Counted from the first letter of the stretch, positions 43,338-52,704 are shown. The stretch: 64,000 bases of DNA from Gammaproteobacteria bacterium HGW-Gammaproteobacteria-1 (GCA_002840095.1 PGZL01000008.1:389790-453789); one strand, 5' to 3'. Notes: generated from the sequence alone by a model not told the origin. Numbers and translations are program-made.

Positions 43338-44003
43338 TCATGGCAAAAATCCACTGACGGTGAAATGGCGATCGCTGACCACCGTGACGGCAAGGTCGAG
43401 GTCGGCGGCGCGGAGTTGCGCCTGCACCTCGTCGACCGTGTAGGCGGCGAGCAGGGAATGAAAGAAGTCGTGGCGCAGCACTTCCGGCTCGCCGGCGGCG
43501 TACTGCGCCACCATCGCCTCGGCCGTCGCGCGGCTGTCCGGGCGCATCAGGTCCATGACGAACACCGCGGCGCCCGGCGCGCCATGGATGAGTATGCTTT
43601 GCCACAGCACCATTGGGTCGGCCAGGTGGTGCAGCAGGCTGTTGCAGATGAGGGTGGCGTAGCGCGCCTGCGGCAGTTCCGCACCGGGCAGGTAGCCGTG
43701 GATGTAGCGGATGCGTGATTCCAGATCGCTGCCGCGCTGCTGTGTTTCAGCGAGGCGCAGCATGGCGGCGGCGCCGTCGACGCCATGCAGGGTGCAGGCG
43801 GGAAAGGCGCGGGCGTAGCGTCGGGTGATGTCACCGGGGCCGCAGCCGAGATCGAGCACGGCGCCCTGCGGTTCCAGGCCGGGGAACTGTTCGCGGAACA
43901 GGGCGATGAAGCGGTCGTGCGGTGCGCTGAAGTCGGCCTCGGCATAGGCGCGCGCCTGGGCCGCTTCGTCCATCAGTTCGGGTTCGGCGACCCGTTCCAT
44001 CAT
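43338..44003 (-). CDS. Class I SAM-dependent methyltransferase
   Basis: Motif I VLDLGCGPGDIT. The stop of lysA overlaps its start. Confidence 0.75.
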   Translation of the reverse strand: MMERVAEPELMDEAAQARAYAEADFSAPHDRFIALFREQFPGLEPQGAVLDLGCGPGDITRRYARAFPACTLHGVDGAAAMLRLAETQQRGSDLESRIRYIHGYLPGAELPQARYATLICNSLLHHLADPMVLWQSILIHGAPGAAVFVMDLMRPDSRATAEAMVAQYAAGEPEVLRHDFFHSLLAAYTVDEVQAQLRAADLDLAVTVVSDRHFTVSGFLP

Positions 44004-45250
44004 TCCGGCAGCAGGCTTTCGCCGGCGTACAGCGCGGCCAGGGTTTCGCGCTGGCGCACCAGGTAGCTTTGGTCACCGTCCACCATCACCTCGGCGGCGC
44101 GCGGCCGCGAGTTGTAGTTGGAGCTCATGGAAAAGCCGTAGGCGCCGGCGGAGCGCACCGCCAGCAGGTCGCCCTCGCACAGTGCCAGCGCGCGATCCTT
44201 GCCGAGGAAGTCGCCGGTTTCGCAGATGGGTCCGACCACGTCGTAATGCTGCGCCGGCAGGTCGCTGCGCGGCACGACCGGGACGATGTCCATCCAGGCC
44301 TCGTACAGCGTGGGCCGGATCAGGTCGTTCATGGCCGCGTCCACCACGGCGAAATTCTTGTGCGCGGTGTGCTTGAGGTACTCGACCCGGGTGAGCAGGA
44401 TGCCGGCATTGCCGATGATGGCGCGGCCCGGTTCGATGATCACTTTGAGGTCGCGCCCGGCGAGACGATCCAGCAGCGGCGCGGCGTAGTCGCCGGGCAG
44501 GGGCGGCGTTTCGTCGCGGTAGGTGATGCCGAGGCCGCCGCCGAGGTCCAGGTGGCGCACGGCGATGCCGCGCCGATACAAGGTGTCCACCAGCGCCAGC
44601 ACCCGGTCCAGCGCATCGACGAAGGGACGGGTCTCGGTGATCTGCGAGCCGATGTGGCAGTCGACGCCGACGATTTCGATGTGCGGCATTTCGGCGGCGC
44701 GGGCGTAAACCTCGGCAGCAGCCTCGATGTCGACGCCGAACTTGTTTTCCTTCAGCCCGGTGGAGATGTAGGGATGGGTCTTGGCGTCCACGTCGGGATT
44801 GACGCGCAGCGACACCGGCGCGCGGCGGCCTATCTCGCCGGCCACGGCGTTGAGCCGCTCCAGTTCCGGTGCGGACTCCACGTTGAAGCAGTGGATGCCC
44901 ACTTCCAGCGCGCGGCGCATTTCGTCGGCGCGCTTGCCGACGCCGGAGAACACCACCTTGGCGGGATCGCCGCCGGCGGCCAGCACCCGTTCCAGTTCGC
45001 CCACCGAGACGATGTCGAAGCCGGCGCCGAGACGCGCCAGCAGGTTCAGCACGCCCAGATTGGAATTGGCCTTCACCGCGTAGCAGATCAGGTGTTCGTG
45101 TCCCGCCAGGGCGGCGTCGAAGGCGCGGTAGTGACGCTCGATGGTGGCGCGGGAGTAGATGTAGCAGGGCGTGCCGTATTTGGCGGCCAGGGCGGACACG
45201 TCGAGCTCTTCGGCAATCAGGCGGCCGTCGCGGAAATTGAAATGGTTCAT
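44000..45250 (-). CDS. lysA: Diaminopimelate decarboxylase
   Basis: ATG at 45250 (MNHFNFRDGRL...). PLP site YAVKANSNLGVL and the motifs GGGLGI and CETGD. Confidence 0.95.
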   Translation of the reverse strand: MNHFNFRDGRLIAEELDVSALAAKYGTPCYIYSRATIERHYRAFDAALAGHEHLICYAVKANSNLGVLNLLARLGAGFDIVSVGELERVLAAGGDPAKVVFSGVGKRADEMRRALEVGIHCFNVESAPELERLNAVAGEIGRRAPVSLRVNPDVDAKTHPYISTGLKENKFGVDIEAAAEVYARAAEMPHIEIVGVDCHIGSQITETRPFVDALDRVLALVDTLYRRGIAVRHLDLGGGLGITYRDETPPLPGDYAAPLLDRLAGRDLKVIIEPGRAIIGNAGILLTRVEYLKHTAHKNFAVVDAAMNDLIRPTLYEAWMDIVPVVPRSDLPAQHYDVVGPICETGDFLGKDRALALCEGDLLAVRSAGAYGFSMSSNYNSRPRAAEVMVDGDQSYLVRQRETLAALYAGESLLPE

Positions 45251-45263
45251 GATCTCGCAGGTA

Positions 45264-45458
45264 TTAACGTGGTTCGGCACTTTCCTGCACCCCGCCCGCA
45301 GCGGGCTGGCGCATTGATTCGCTCCCGGCGAATTGTTTTTGTCCACCGTCCTGCGGCAGGTAGAGGTCGCCCCGCGCACCGCAGCCGCCCAGCATGCTGG
45401 CAATGCCGAGTATGACGATGACGGCCCAGAGGGCATACTGTCCCCAACAAAAGCGCAT
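45264..45458 (-). CDS. lptM: Small lipoprotein LptM (YifL-like)
   Basis: 64 aa with a lipobox followed by LGGCGARGDLYLP. It holds the conserved position between cyaY and lysA. Confidence 0.65.
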   Translation of the reverse strand: MRFCWGQYALWAVIVILGIASMLGGCGARGDLYLPQDGGQKQFAGSESMRQPAAGGVQESAEPR

Positions 45459-45533
45459 GCGCGTATACACCCGGGTAGCGGAAAAGTCGCTACAGTATAC
45501 CTGCAACCGCCCGCCGATTTCAGGAGACCCGCA

Positions 45534-45860
45534 ATGGAGCTGATGAGCGAATCCGAGTTCAACCGCCACATCGACGACACCCTGCTCGCCATCGAAAGCG
45601 CCATCGATGCCGCCGACACCGATCTCGATTACGAAAACAGCGGCGGTGTCCTCACGGTGCATTGCGGCAACGGCTCGCAGCTCATCATCAACCGCCAGAC
45701 ACCGGTGCGGCAGCTGTGGCTGGCCACGCGCAGCGGCGGCTATCACTTCGACTGGGATGACGACGCCGAGGGCTGGGTGCGCGACAGCGACGGCGCCCCA
45801 TTGACGGAGGTGCTGGCCGGGGAACTGGCGGCGCAATGCGGCGAAGCCCTGGAGCTGTAG
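45534..45860 (+). CDS. cyaY: Frataxin homologue CyaY
   Basis: ATG at 45534 behind AGGAG. Motifs ESEFNRHIDDTL and LIINRQTPVRQLWLA...G.YHF. Confidence 0.85.
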   Translation: MELMSESEFNRHIDDTLLAIESAIDAADTDLDYENSGGVLTVHCGNGSQLIINRQTPVRQLWLATRSGGYHFDWDDDAEGWVRDSDGAPLTEVLAGELAAQCGEALEL

Positions 45861-45920
45861 GGTGTGCACCGCGCACCTGTGCAGCCGTCGGGAAAAGACG
45901 GTGCGCGCTGCGCACCCTAC
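45857..45920. repeat. Inverted REP pair exactly filling the cyaY / DUF938 convergent gap
   Basis: GTAGGGTGTGCACCGCGCACC ... GGTGCGCGCTGCGCACCCTAC. Both GTAG heads contain the TAG stops of the flanking genes. Confidence 0.85.
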
Positions 45921-46564
45921 GCAGGGCCGTTGAATCCCGCGCTTCCCTTGCGCCACACCAGGGTGCGGTTGTCCGCCGGCATGGCGTAGTCCTGCCATAG
46001 CACCAGGCCCGCCGCCCGCGCCAGGGCGTCCAGGGCCTCGAAATCGCGCACCCCGCTGGCGGGATCGCGCTGGCGCAGCCAGGCATCGAAGCGGGCGTTG
46101 CTGTCGGCGGTGTAAGCGCCGCCGTAGTTGAACGGCCCATACAGCGCGAACACGCCCTCTGCCTCCAGCAGCCTCCCCACCCCGGCAAACATGGCCTCGA
46201 CCGCATCCCAGCCCATGATGTGTGCGGTATTGGCGCTGAATACCGCGTCCACCGTATCCGCCGGCCACGGCCCGGTGCGTACGTCGAGGGGGAGCGGCGG
46301 CAGGAGGTTGGGGCTGTCCGCCTCGGCCAGCCAGGCCTGGATGGCCGCGTGGTTTTCCTCCAGATCGCTGGTCTGCCACAGGAGATGGGGCAGTTCGGGG
46401 GCGAAATAGACTGCGTGCTGGCCGGTGCCGCTGCCGATCTCCAGCAGGCGGCGCCGGCCGGCCAGCACTTCGCGCAGCACGGCGAGTATCGGCGCGCGGT
46501 TCTGCAGGCAGGATTCGGCTATGGGCTTCATTGGCTTGTGTCGGTTGTCGCTGTTGTTCGACAA
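45917..46564 (-). CDS. DUF938-type SAM-dependent methyltransferase
   Basis: NRAPILAVLREVL...LLEIGSGTGQHAVYFAPELPHLLWQTSD matches the DUF938 signature. Confidence 0.7.
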   Translation of the reverse strand: MSNNSDNRHKPMKPIAESCLQNRAPILAVLREVLAGRRRLLEIGSGTGQHAVYFAPELPHLLWQTSDLEENHAAIQAWLAEADSPNLLPPLPLDVRTGPWPADTVDAVFSANTAHIMGWDAVEAMFAGVGRLLEAEGVFALYGPFNYGGAYTADSNARFDAWLRQRDPASGVRDFEALDALARAAGLVLWQDYAMPADNRTLVWRKGSAGFNGPA

Positions 46565-46645
46565 TGGGCGCGCCGAGGAGATAAATCAATGTCCGCCGGC
46601 CGGTGCCAGCCGGCCAGGAGCGGACGGAGGAGTGGATAAGACGTG

Positions 46646-47683
46646 ATGCGACTGGCCTGTTTTTTCCTGTTGAGCCTGCTGGCCCTGCCGCTGGCGGCGG
46701 CACCCGACGGCGCCGAGCTCTATGCCCAGAACTGCGCCGTCTGCCATGGCGCCGACGGCCGCGGCGGCGTGGGCGTGCCCCTGGCCCTGCCCAGCTTCCT
46801 GCCCAGCGTCGACGACGACTATCTGACGGCCACCATCCGCAACGGCCGCCCCGGCCGGGTGATGCCCGCCTTCACCCAGCTGCGCGACGACCAGGTGCGG
46901 GCCATCATCGACTATCTGCGCCACTGGATGCCGGCCGGCAGCACGGTGGTCAAGCTGTCCAGGGAGCCGGTGCACGGTGACGCGCAGCGGGGCAAGACCC
47001 TGTTCGCCCAGCGCTGCGCCGCCTGTCACGGCGCCCACGGCGAGGGCGGTCACGGCACCGGCGTCACCTTCTCCCGCCCGCGCGACCTGCCCATCATCGC
47101 CCCGGCATTGAACAATCCCGGCTTTCTCGCCGCCGCCACCGATCAGATGATCAAGACCACCCTGATGAACGGCCGCGAGGGGACGCCCATGGTGTCCTTC
47201 CTCCAGCAGGGGCTGTCGGAGCGCGACATCGACGACGTGGTGAGCTACGTGCGGTCCTTCGCCGGCACCGTGCAGGGCTGGCGTCCGGGCAACGACGACA
47301 CGCCGATGCTGGAAATGGATTCGCCCTACAGCCTGGCCGAGACGGTGGAGGCGGTGAAGCGCGCCGCGGTGGGCAAGAACTTCCGCATCATCCGTGAGCA
47401 AAGCCTGGAAAACGGGCTGTACGCGCCGGGCGAGGAAGGCCAGGAAACGACCATCATCTATTTCTGCAATTTCAACTTCATCAACCAGGCACTGGCGCTG
47501 GACCCGCGCGTCGGCCTGTTCATGCCCTGCCGCATCACCGTGGTGGAGCGCGCAGGCCAGGTGAAGGTGATGAGCATCAACCCAAAGTATCTCAGCCGCC
47601 TGTTCAACAATGCCGAACTGGACAAGCCCTGCGAGGAGATGCACCAGGTCTATCTGGGCATCATGGAGGAGGCCACGCTATGA
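46646..47683 (+). CDS. Secreted di-haem cytochrome c fused to a C-terminal DUF302 domain
   Basis: Signal peptide. Two CxxCH sites (CAVCHG, CAACHG) with distal Met regions (GRVMPAF, GTPMVSF). A DUF302-like tail follows (KNFRIIREQ...GLFMPCRITVVERAGQVKVMSINPKYL). Confidence 0.75.
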   Translation: MRLACFFLLSLLALPLAAAPDGAELYAQNCAVCHGADGRGGVGVPLALPSFLPSVDDDYLTATIRNGRPGRVMPAFTQLRDDQVRAIIDYLRHWMPAGSTVVKLSREPVHGDAQRGKTLFAQRCAACHGAHGEGGHGTGVTFSRPRDLPIIAPALNNPGFLAAATDQMIKTTLMNGREGTPMVSFLQQGLSERDIDDVVSYVRSFAGTVQGWRPGNDDTPMLEMDSPYSLAETVEAVKRAAVGKNFRIIREQSLENGLYAPGEEGQETTIIYFCNFNFINQALALDPRVGLFMPCRITVVERAGQVKVMSINPKYLSRLFNNAELDKPCEEMHQVYLGIMEEATL

Positions 47684-48138
47684 CCCGGTGCAGGACATTC
47701 GTGATGCTGGCCGTGATCTGGCTCGGCCTGATTCCGGCGGCGGGTGCGGAGTCGCTGTTCATGGCCCGCTCCAGCCAGGCCTTCCCGGAGACCATGACGG
47801 TCCTGCAGGAGGTCATCGCCCGGCACGGCTATACCGTATCGCGGGTGCAGCGCGTCGACATCGGTCTCACCGGCAGCGGTTTCCAGACCGACATGTACCG
47901 CCTGGTGTTCTTCGCCAAGCCGGACGAGCTGCGCGATCTGTCGCAGCGCTATCCGCATCTGATTCCCTACCTGCCCTGGCCCATCACCATCTTCGCCGAA
48001 GGGGAAGAAACCCTGCTGGTCACCGCCAACCCGGCGGAGCTGCGCGCCCTGGCCGTCAACGACGAACTGGAACAGCTGTTTCAGCGCTGGAGCGGCGAGT
48101 TCCGCGCCATGCTGGAAGAGGTGAGGAAGAGGGATTAA
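47680..48138 (+). CDS. Secreted DUF302 domain protein
   Basis: ATGA overlap with the upstream gene. A signal peptide is followed by a DUF302 pattern (HGYTVSRVQRVD..., YLPWPITIFAEGEETLLVTANP). Confidence 0.7.
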   Translation: MTRCRTFVMLAVIWLGLIPAAGAESLFMARSSQAFPETMTVLQEVIARHGYTVSRVQRVDIGLTGSGFQTDMYRLVFFAKPDELRDLSQRYPHLIPYLPWPITIFAEGEETLLVTANPAELRALAVNDELEQLFQRWSGEFRAMLEEVRKRD

Positions 48139-48143
48139 AGGCA

Positions 48144-48291
48144 GTTACAAGTTACAAGTTACAAGTTACAAGTTACAAGATAACCCCCACACAATCTTGC
48201 TTGTCACTTGTCACTTGTCACTTGTCACTTGTCACTTGTCACTTGTCACTTGTCACTTGTCACTTGTCACTTGTCACTTGTCACTTGTCAC
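48144..48291. repeat. Heptamer microsatellites (GTTACAA)x5 and (TTGTCAC)x13 forming an imperfect inverted repeat
   Basis: Arrays at 48144-48178 and 48201-48291 were counted directly. The units are near reverse complements (GTGACAA versus GTTACAA). Confidence 0.9.
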
Positions 48292-51132
48292 TATCAACAC
48301 CCGGTTCAACTCATTCTCGATGCGGCGCTTGTAGTTGAGGAAGTGTACCGTCTGCACCTTGTTGACGCCCTGCTCGCCGAGAACGGCGCGCGACATGCCG
48401 ATGTCGGTGATGTAGATGGGATAGGACTGGCCGCTGCGGCGCAGTTCCAGCACATGGTGCACCACCGCACCGAACAGGTCCGCGCCGTATTCCAGTGTTG
48501 AAAACTCCCGGTCGCCGCAATACAGGGTGAAGATGGTCTTGCCGTTCTCGTCGTGGTCGACGATGACCTGGAGGCTGAAGTACTGCTGCTGATAGGCGGC
48601 ACGGAATTCCGGCGCCTGGCGTTCCAGCTTGTGGCGCTTTTCGCTGTCGCGGCTGATGATATAAAACTCGACGCCGTCCGCGCCGCTGATCTGCTGCCCT
48701 TCCTGCATCAGAAAATTGATGCGGTTAAGAACCGCTTCAAAGAAGCGGCTGTACTGGCTGAGCAGCAGGGTGGTGTCGAAGAGCGGCAGCGTTTCATGGA
48801 ACAGCGAGCCGCGCTCATCCAGTACGTAGACTTCCACCGTATCGCTCTGCACGCGATAGAAGAACTGCACCCAGCCGCTGCGGTTGCGGCTGTAGATGAC
48901 CGGTAGCACCGAGTCTGGAAATATCTGCGCGTCCAGCACCACCGGCCGGAAGACGGTGGCGGGCCGTCCCAAGGCGGTGAACAGAGCCGCTTCGCTGGGA
49001 ACGGCTTCGTAGTGCAGCGCGTCGCCTTCGAGAGACAGCAGATAGTAGCCGCGGCCCACGCCGACGACATAACGGCTGTTCTGCGTTGCCTTGGCGCCGT
49101 ACCAGGTGGCGACCAGGTCATGGAACAGTTTTTCGATACGCTGCGCCGCGATGTGGCCGCGCTGGGCACTGGTGCCGAAGACCTGGATGCGGGGCGGCGC
49201 CTCGCCGCGCGACGGCGGCGCCCACTTGAAGTACTCGCAGAAGAAATCCATCAGCCCCTTGCCGCGGCGGAAGTGATAGGTGAGCACTTCGCGCCAGCTG
49301 GTGACGATCACCAGATCCATGGTCTGGATCAGGTTCCTGCCGGTGCCGCCGTAGCTGAGCGCATCGGGGCGGCCGCTGGAGATCGCCTGGCCCAGGCTGA
49401 GCGAGGTGAACGAATCCAGTTCGTTGTTCACGAACAGCGCGCTGTGCACAATGCGCGCCGGGCCCGCATACTCCTCCAGCGAGCGGGTGTCGAGACAGCC
49501 GGCGGGAAACAACGCCTGCATGCGCTCGATGATGGCCTTCAGCTCGTTGGAGGTCAGTTGGGTGATCTTGGGGTAGAGCACCACTACCGTGTGTTTGTCG
49601 ATGATGCCGTTGAAGTAGCACCAGGCCATCAGCTCGATGATGTTGCGGGCGCGCTTGATCGGCGTGGCCAGCCGCATTTCGTCGCTGGTGAGCGTGCCGC
49701 GGTACAGCTGCCAGCCTGCCTGCTGCTGTTCGTCCAGCAATTCCTCGACCGTAATCGCCGCTTCGCGCAGGTCGGCGTTGATGCCGCGGTTGAGCAGTTC
49801 GACCTTGCCGGCCTTGCGTTCGAAGGCTGCGTAAAGCTTGCGGCCGAGCACCGTAAGGTCGCGCTGGCTGATCAGCGACAGGCCGGCATAGCGGCGCGCG
49901 AAGTCGGACAGGAAGCGGTAGCTGACGGTAAGTGCGTCGAACAGCAGGCGCCGCTCCTCGGCCACCCGCTGCACCTTCCAGGTGTGGCGCGAGTCCATCA
50001 CCCGGAGGTCGGCCGGAGTCCAGCCCCAGCGCTGGGTCAGCGGCAACATCAGTTCGCGCTGCCAGCTTTCCTCATGGTTGCGGCGCTCCTCGCTCAGGTT
50101 CTCGCCGGCTTTGAAATAAAAGGCGCGGCGCGCCAGCTTCAGCCGTTGGCGATCGCCCTGGTTTTGCAGGTATTCCTCCACCTTCTCCAGCATCATCAGA
50201 TAGGGATCGAGCCGGCTGACGTTGTCCTCGTTGTCGTACAGCGCCTTTTTGAAGCGCAGGCTGAGCAGGTCGATGTGCGGGTATTCGTTGGCGTAGCACT
50301 CGATCAGCAGCAGCTTGAGGGCGGCCTTGTAGGGTGAGTCGATGCCCTTGTAGGTGTGCCACAAGGCGGCGCCGAAAAACTCCTCGGCAGGGATATGGGT
50401 GAGGCCGCCGAAATCGAGATGGTCGCGGACATGGAGGAAACGCTTTGCCTGCAACCCGCCCACATATTCTTCGTAGTCGCTCTCGTGCGACGGCGGTACC
50501 AGCCACCACAGCGGCGCCTGTCCGGCGATGAGTATGGCGGTACGGTAAAACTCTTCCAGCAGCAGGTTGTGCTGGGCCGAGCCGGAGCTCTCCTCGGACA
50601 GGGGCAGGACTTCGCCGTTGCGGAAGCGCTCGACGTTGACCATGTAAAAGTGCACTTCCAGATCGAGGGTCGCGGCCCAGGCCTCGATGGCACTGGCCTT
50701 TTGCTGCAGCAGGGCGAGCTGGGCCGGGCCCAGGGCCGGGTCGTGGCAGACCCAGATGTCGAAATCGCTCTCTTCCGAGTAGGCGATGCTGCCCGGGCTG
50801 CCGATCATGTAAAGGGCGAGAATGGGGAACTGGCGCAGGTGCTGGCGCTTGAGCTCGAAGCTGCGGCTGATCCGTTTGGCCGCTTCCAGCTCGCGTCGGG
50901 CGGGCTCGTGCCGGAACAGGCCGGCCGGTGTTTCCTTGGAGGCGAAGCCCGGCAGCAGCGGGTGATTGATGTGAAACAGCAGCGGCAGGATGTCGAGCAC
51001 GTCGCGCTGACGCTCGCGCAGGGCGTCCCGCGCACGCAACAGGCGCGCATGGTTGAGCTTCATGAAGCGGTGGCGTACCGCCTTGAAGTCGATGTCGCCG
51101 TCAGTGTGTGTCGCCGTGCTGTCGCCGCTCAT
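48274..51132 (-). CDS. cyaA: Class I adenylate cyclase
   Basis: 952 aa. N-terminal pattern ...FMKLNHARLLRARDAL..RQRDVLDILPLLFHINHPLLPGF and overall length match enterobacterial-type CyaA. The stop lies inside the heptamer array. Confidence 0.9.
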   Translation of the reverse strand: MSGDSTATHTDGDIDFKAVRHRFMKLNHARLLRARDALRERQRDVLDILPLLFHINHPLLPGFASKETPAGLFRHEPARRELEAAKRISRSFELKRQHLRQFPILALYMIGSPGSIAYSEESDFDIWVCHDPALGPAQLALLQQKASAIEAWAATLDLEVHFYMVNVERFRNGEVLPLSEESSGSAQHNLLLEEFYRTAILIAGQAPLWWLVPPSHESDYEEYVGGLQAKRFLHVRDHLDFGGLTHIPAEEFFGAALWHTYKGIDSPYKAALKLLLIECYANEYPHIDLLSLRFKKALYDNEDNVSRLDPYLMMLEKVEEYLQNQGDRQRLKLARRAFYFKAGENLSEERRNHEESWQRELMLPLTQRWGWTPADLRVMDSRHTWKVQRVAEERRLLFDALTVSYRFLSDFARRYAGLSLISQRDLTVLGRKLYAAFERKAGKVELLNRGINADLREAAITVEELLDEQQQAGWQLYRGTLTSDEMRLATPIKRARNIIELMAWCYFNGIIDKHTVVVLYPKITQLTSNELKAIIERMQALFPAGCLDTRSLEEYAGPARIVHSALFVNNELDSFTSLSLGQAISSGRPDALSYGGTGRNLIQTMDLVIVTSWREVLTYHFRRGKGLMDFFCEYFKWAPPSRGEAPPRIQVFGTSAQRGHIAAQRIEKLFHDLVATWYGAKATQNSRYVVGVGRGYYLLSLEGDALHYEAVPSEAALFTALGRPATVFRPVVLDAQIFPDSVLPVIYSRNRSGWVQFFYRVQSDTVEVYVLDERGSLFHETLPLFDTTLLLSQYSRFFEAVLNRINFLMQEGQQISGADGVEFYIISRDSEKRHKLERQAPEFRAAYQQQYFSLQVIVDHDENGKTIFTLYCGDREFSTLEYGADLFGAVVHHVLELRRSGQSYPIYITDIGMSRAVLGEQGVNKVQTVHFLNYKRRIENELNRVLIVTSDK

Positions 51133-51140
51133 GATAAACG

Positions 51141-51386
51141 TCAGGGATTGACCGGATCGCAGGAGCCCTGGCGCAGCCAGACGCCGTCCTGGCAGCGCAG
51201 TAATTCATCGCCGCTGCATACGTAGTCGCCGCGGCCATAGGCGACGCCGTTGAACTGGCAGGCCGCCAGCTCGCCCACCTGCTGGGCCCGCTCGGCATAG
51301 CGCTCATCGGTTTCTTCCAGGATCGGCGAGGTGCGCTTCTCAGGATCCGGCGCGCCGACGTGGGGTGCTGCAATGCGTTCGGACAT
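51141..51386 (-). CDS. Small 4-Cys protein, unknown function, co-transcribed with cyaA
   Basis: 81 aa ending 9 nt before the cyaA ATG. Cys pattern C-x16-C-x7-C-x11-C (ACQFNGVAYGRGDYVCSGDELLRCQDGVWLRQGSC). Confidence 0.5.
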   Translation of the reverse strand: MSERIAAPHVGAPDPEKRTSPILEETDERYAERAQQVGELAACQFNGVAYGRGDYVCSGDELLRCQDGVWLRQGSCDPVNP

Positions 51387-51630
51387 GGCTGTTCTCCCGT
51401 TACCTACCCCCCTGAAGGATACCGGCAGGAGCAGGGAAACGCCACGTATGCGTCCCGAATACCCGGCGAACCGGCGACGGCGGGCCGCACTCCGGGGACG
51501 GCGCCGGAGGAGCCGCTCAGGGCGGCAGGCGGGGCGGGTGCGGGCGGCCTGGAAAAATGCTTTAAAAACCCATTGTTAGGGCGCGAGAAATAATGCGGGG
51601 AGGCAGGGCGATCATCCTGCGCGCAGGACT

Positions 51631-51659
51631 GGTGGATGCGCTGTGCTTATCCACCCTAC
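51631..51659 (-). repeat. Single REP (GTAGGGTGGATAAGCACAGCGCATCCACC on minus strand)
   Basis: Same REP type as the one at 6035-6063. Confidence 0.75.
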
Positions 51660-51664
51660 ATCGG

Positions 51665-52132
51665 TTACTTCGCGGCCTCAGGCGTGGCATCCCAATAGAG
51701 GATCAACACAAGGCCGGAAAGTACCAATGGCGTGACCACGAACATTGTGTAGTCCATGTGCGCTCCGGCTTTGTCCATGGCTTCCAACAGAGGCATACCT
51801 ATTTGTGGCCGGGTGAAATAGTACACCGTTGTCAGGAATATCTCGGTCAGCCACAGCGCAAGAACCAGAGCAGATAATGCAGCGATTCTGACGATGGCAC
51901 CGGTTCGGAACAGTAGCGAAAAAGCCAGCGCACTCAGTGCAAGAGGAGCCACGACGATATAGAACCATGGGAGAAACAGAAATCTTGGTGTTCCCGTCAA
52001 GAGTAGTACCGTGAAGAATGGAACGTACAGCGCCAGAAAGATTCCTGCTATGACCCGGACCGGTTTGCGTCGGATTTTTTCTCTTGCAGAGCCTTTGGCG
52101 TGTTTCATGTGGTGCACCAGTCCAGTATGCAA
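51665..52132 (-). CDS. Small polytopic membrane protein, unknown function (AT-richer than surroundings)
   Basis: Four hydrophobic helices. An alternative ATG is at 52108. Base composition is visibly lower in GC than the flanking genes. Confidence 0.5.
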   Translation of the reverse strand: MHTGLVHHMKHAKGSAREKIRRKPVRVIAGIFLALYVPFFTVLLLTGTPRFLFLPWFYIVVAPLALSALAFSLLFRTGAIVRIAALSALVLALWLTEIFLTTVYYFTRPQIGMPLLEAMDKAGAHMDYTMFVVTPLVLSGLVLILYWDATPEAAK

Positions 52133-52171
52133 ATCACAGGGGTACAGGAAGCCGAACAGCCCCTGCGGTCC

Positions 52172-52525
52172 CTACTTATATTCCTCTGCCCGCTTTGCGC
52201 TGCCCCTGACCTTGTCCACCGGATAGCGCTCCTCGTTGCGCGCCATTTTGTCCTTGACCGCCCGGATCAGGTCGACGTTGAGGCGATCGGCGATGCGGAT
52301 GAGGTAGATCTGGATGTCGGCCAGTTCCAGGCGCACTTCGTCCAGTTTTTCCGGGCTCAATGCTTCGCTCTGTTCGGCACTAAGCCATTGGAAATGCTCC
52401 ACCAGTTCGGCGGCCTCGGCGATGAGGGCCATGGCGAGGTTCTTGGGATTGTGGAACTGCTCCCAGTCGCGCACCTTGGCGAACAGGGCGAGGCGCTGGC
52501 GCAGGTCTTCGAGGCTGTCGCTCAT
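52172..52525 (-). CDS. MazG-like nucleotide pyrophosphohydrolase (all-alpha NTP-PPase)
   Basis: 117 aa. FAKVRDWEQFHNPKNLAMALIAEAAELVEHFQW...ELADIQIYLIRIA matches the typical EExxE...ExxD architecture. Confidence 0.8.
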   Translation of the reverse strand: MSDSLEDLRQRLALFAKVRDWEQFHNPKNLAMALIAEAAELVEHFQWLSAEQSEALSPEKLDEVRLELADIQIYLIRIADRLNVDLIRAVKDKMARNEERYPVDKVRGSAKRAEEYK

Positions 52526-52563
52526 GGTTCCCGATCTCCTTCAATCAAGCAAAAACACTGTTG

Positions 52564-52639
52564 TTCTCGCAAAGACGCCAGGCACGCCAAGAAAAACAAA
52601 TGCTCCTGTTTGCCCTGCGTCGTCGCGCCTTGACGAGAG
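52564..52639. repeat. Degenerate hairpin, CGCCAAGA-type arms
   Basis: TTCTCGCAAAGACGCCAGGCACGCCAAGAA ... GCGTCGTCGCGCCTTGACGAGAG. Confidence 0.6.
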
Positions 52640-52704
52640 TGCGGCGGGCACGGTCCGCCCTGTGAATGCTTCCGGTTGTGCGGTCATAGTTTTGCAACCG
52701 GGCG

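Noticed and set aside
48144-48291. A CRISPR array.
   Set aside because: The units are 7 bp and contiguous, with no spacers, and there are no cas genes. These are microsatellites. The same applies to 61954-62023 and 63805-63853.
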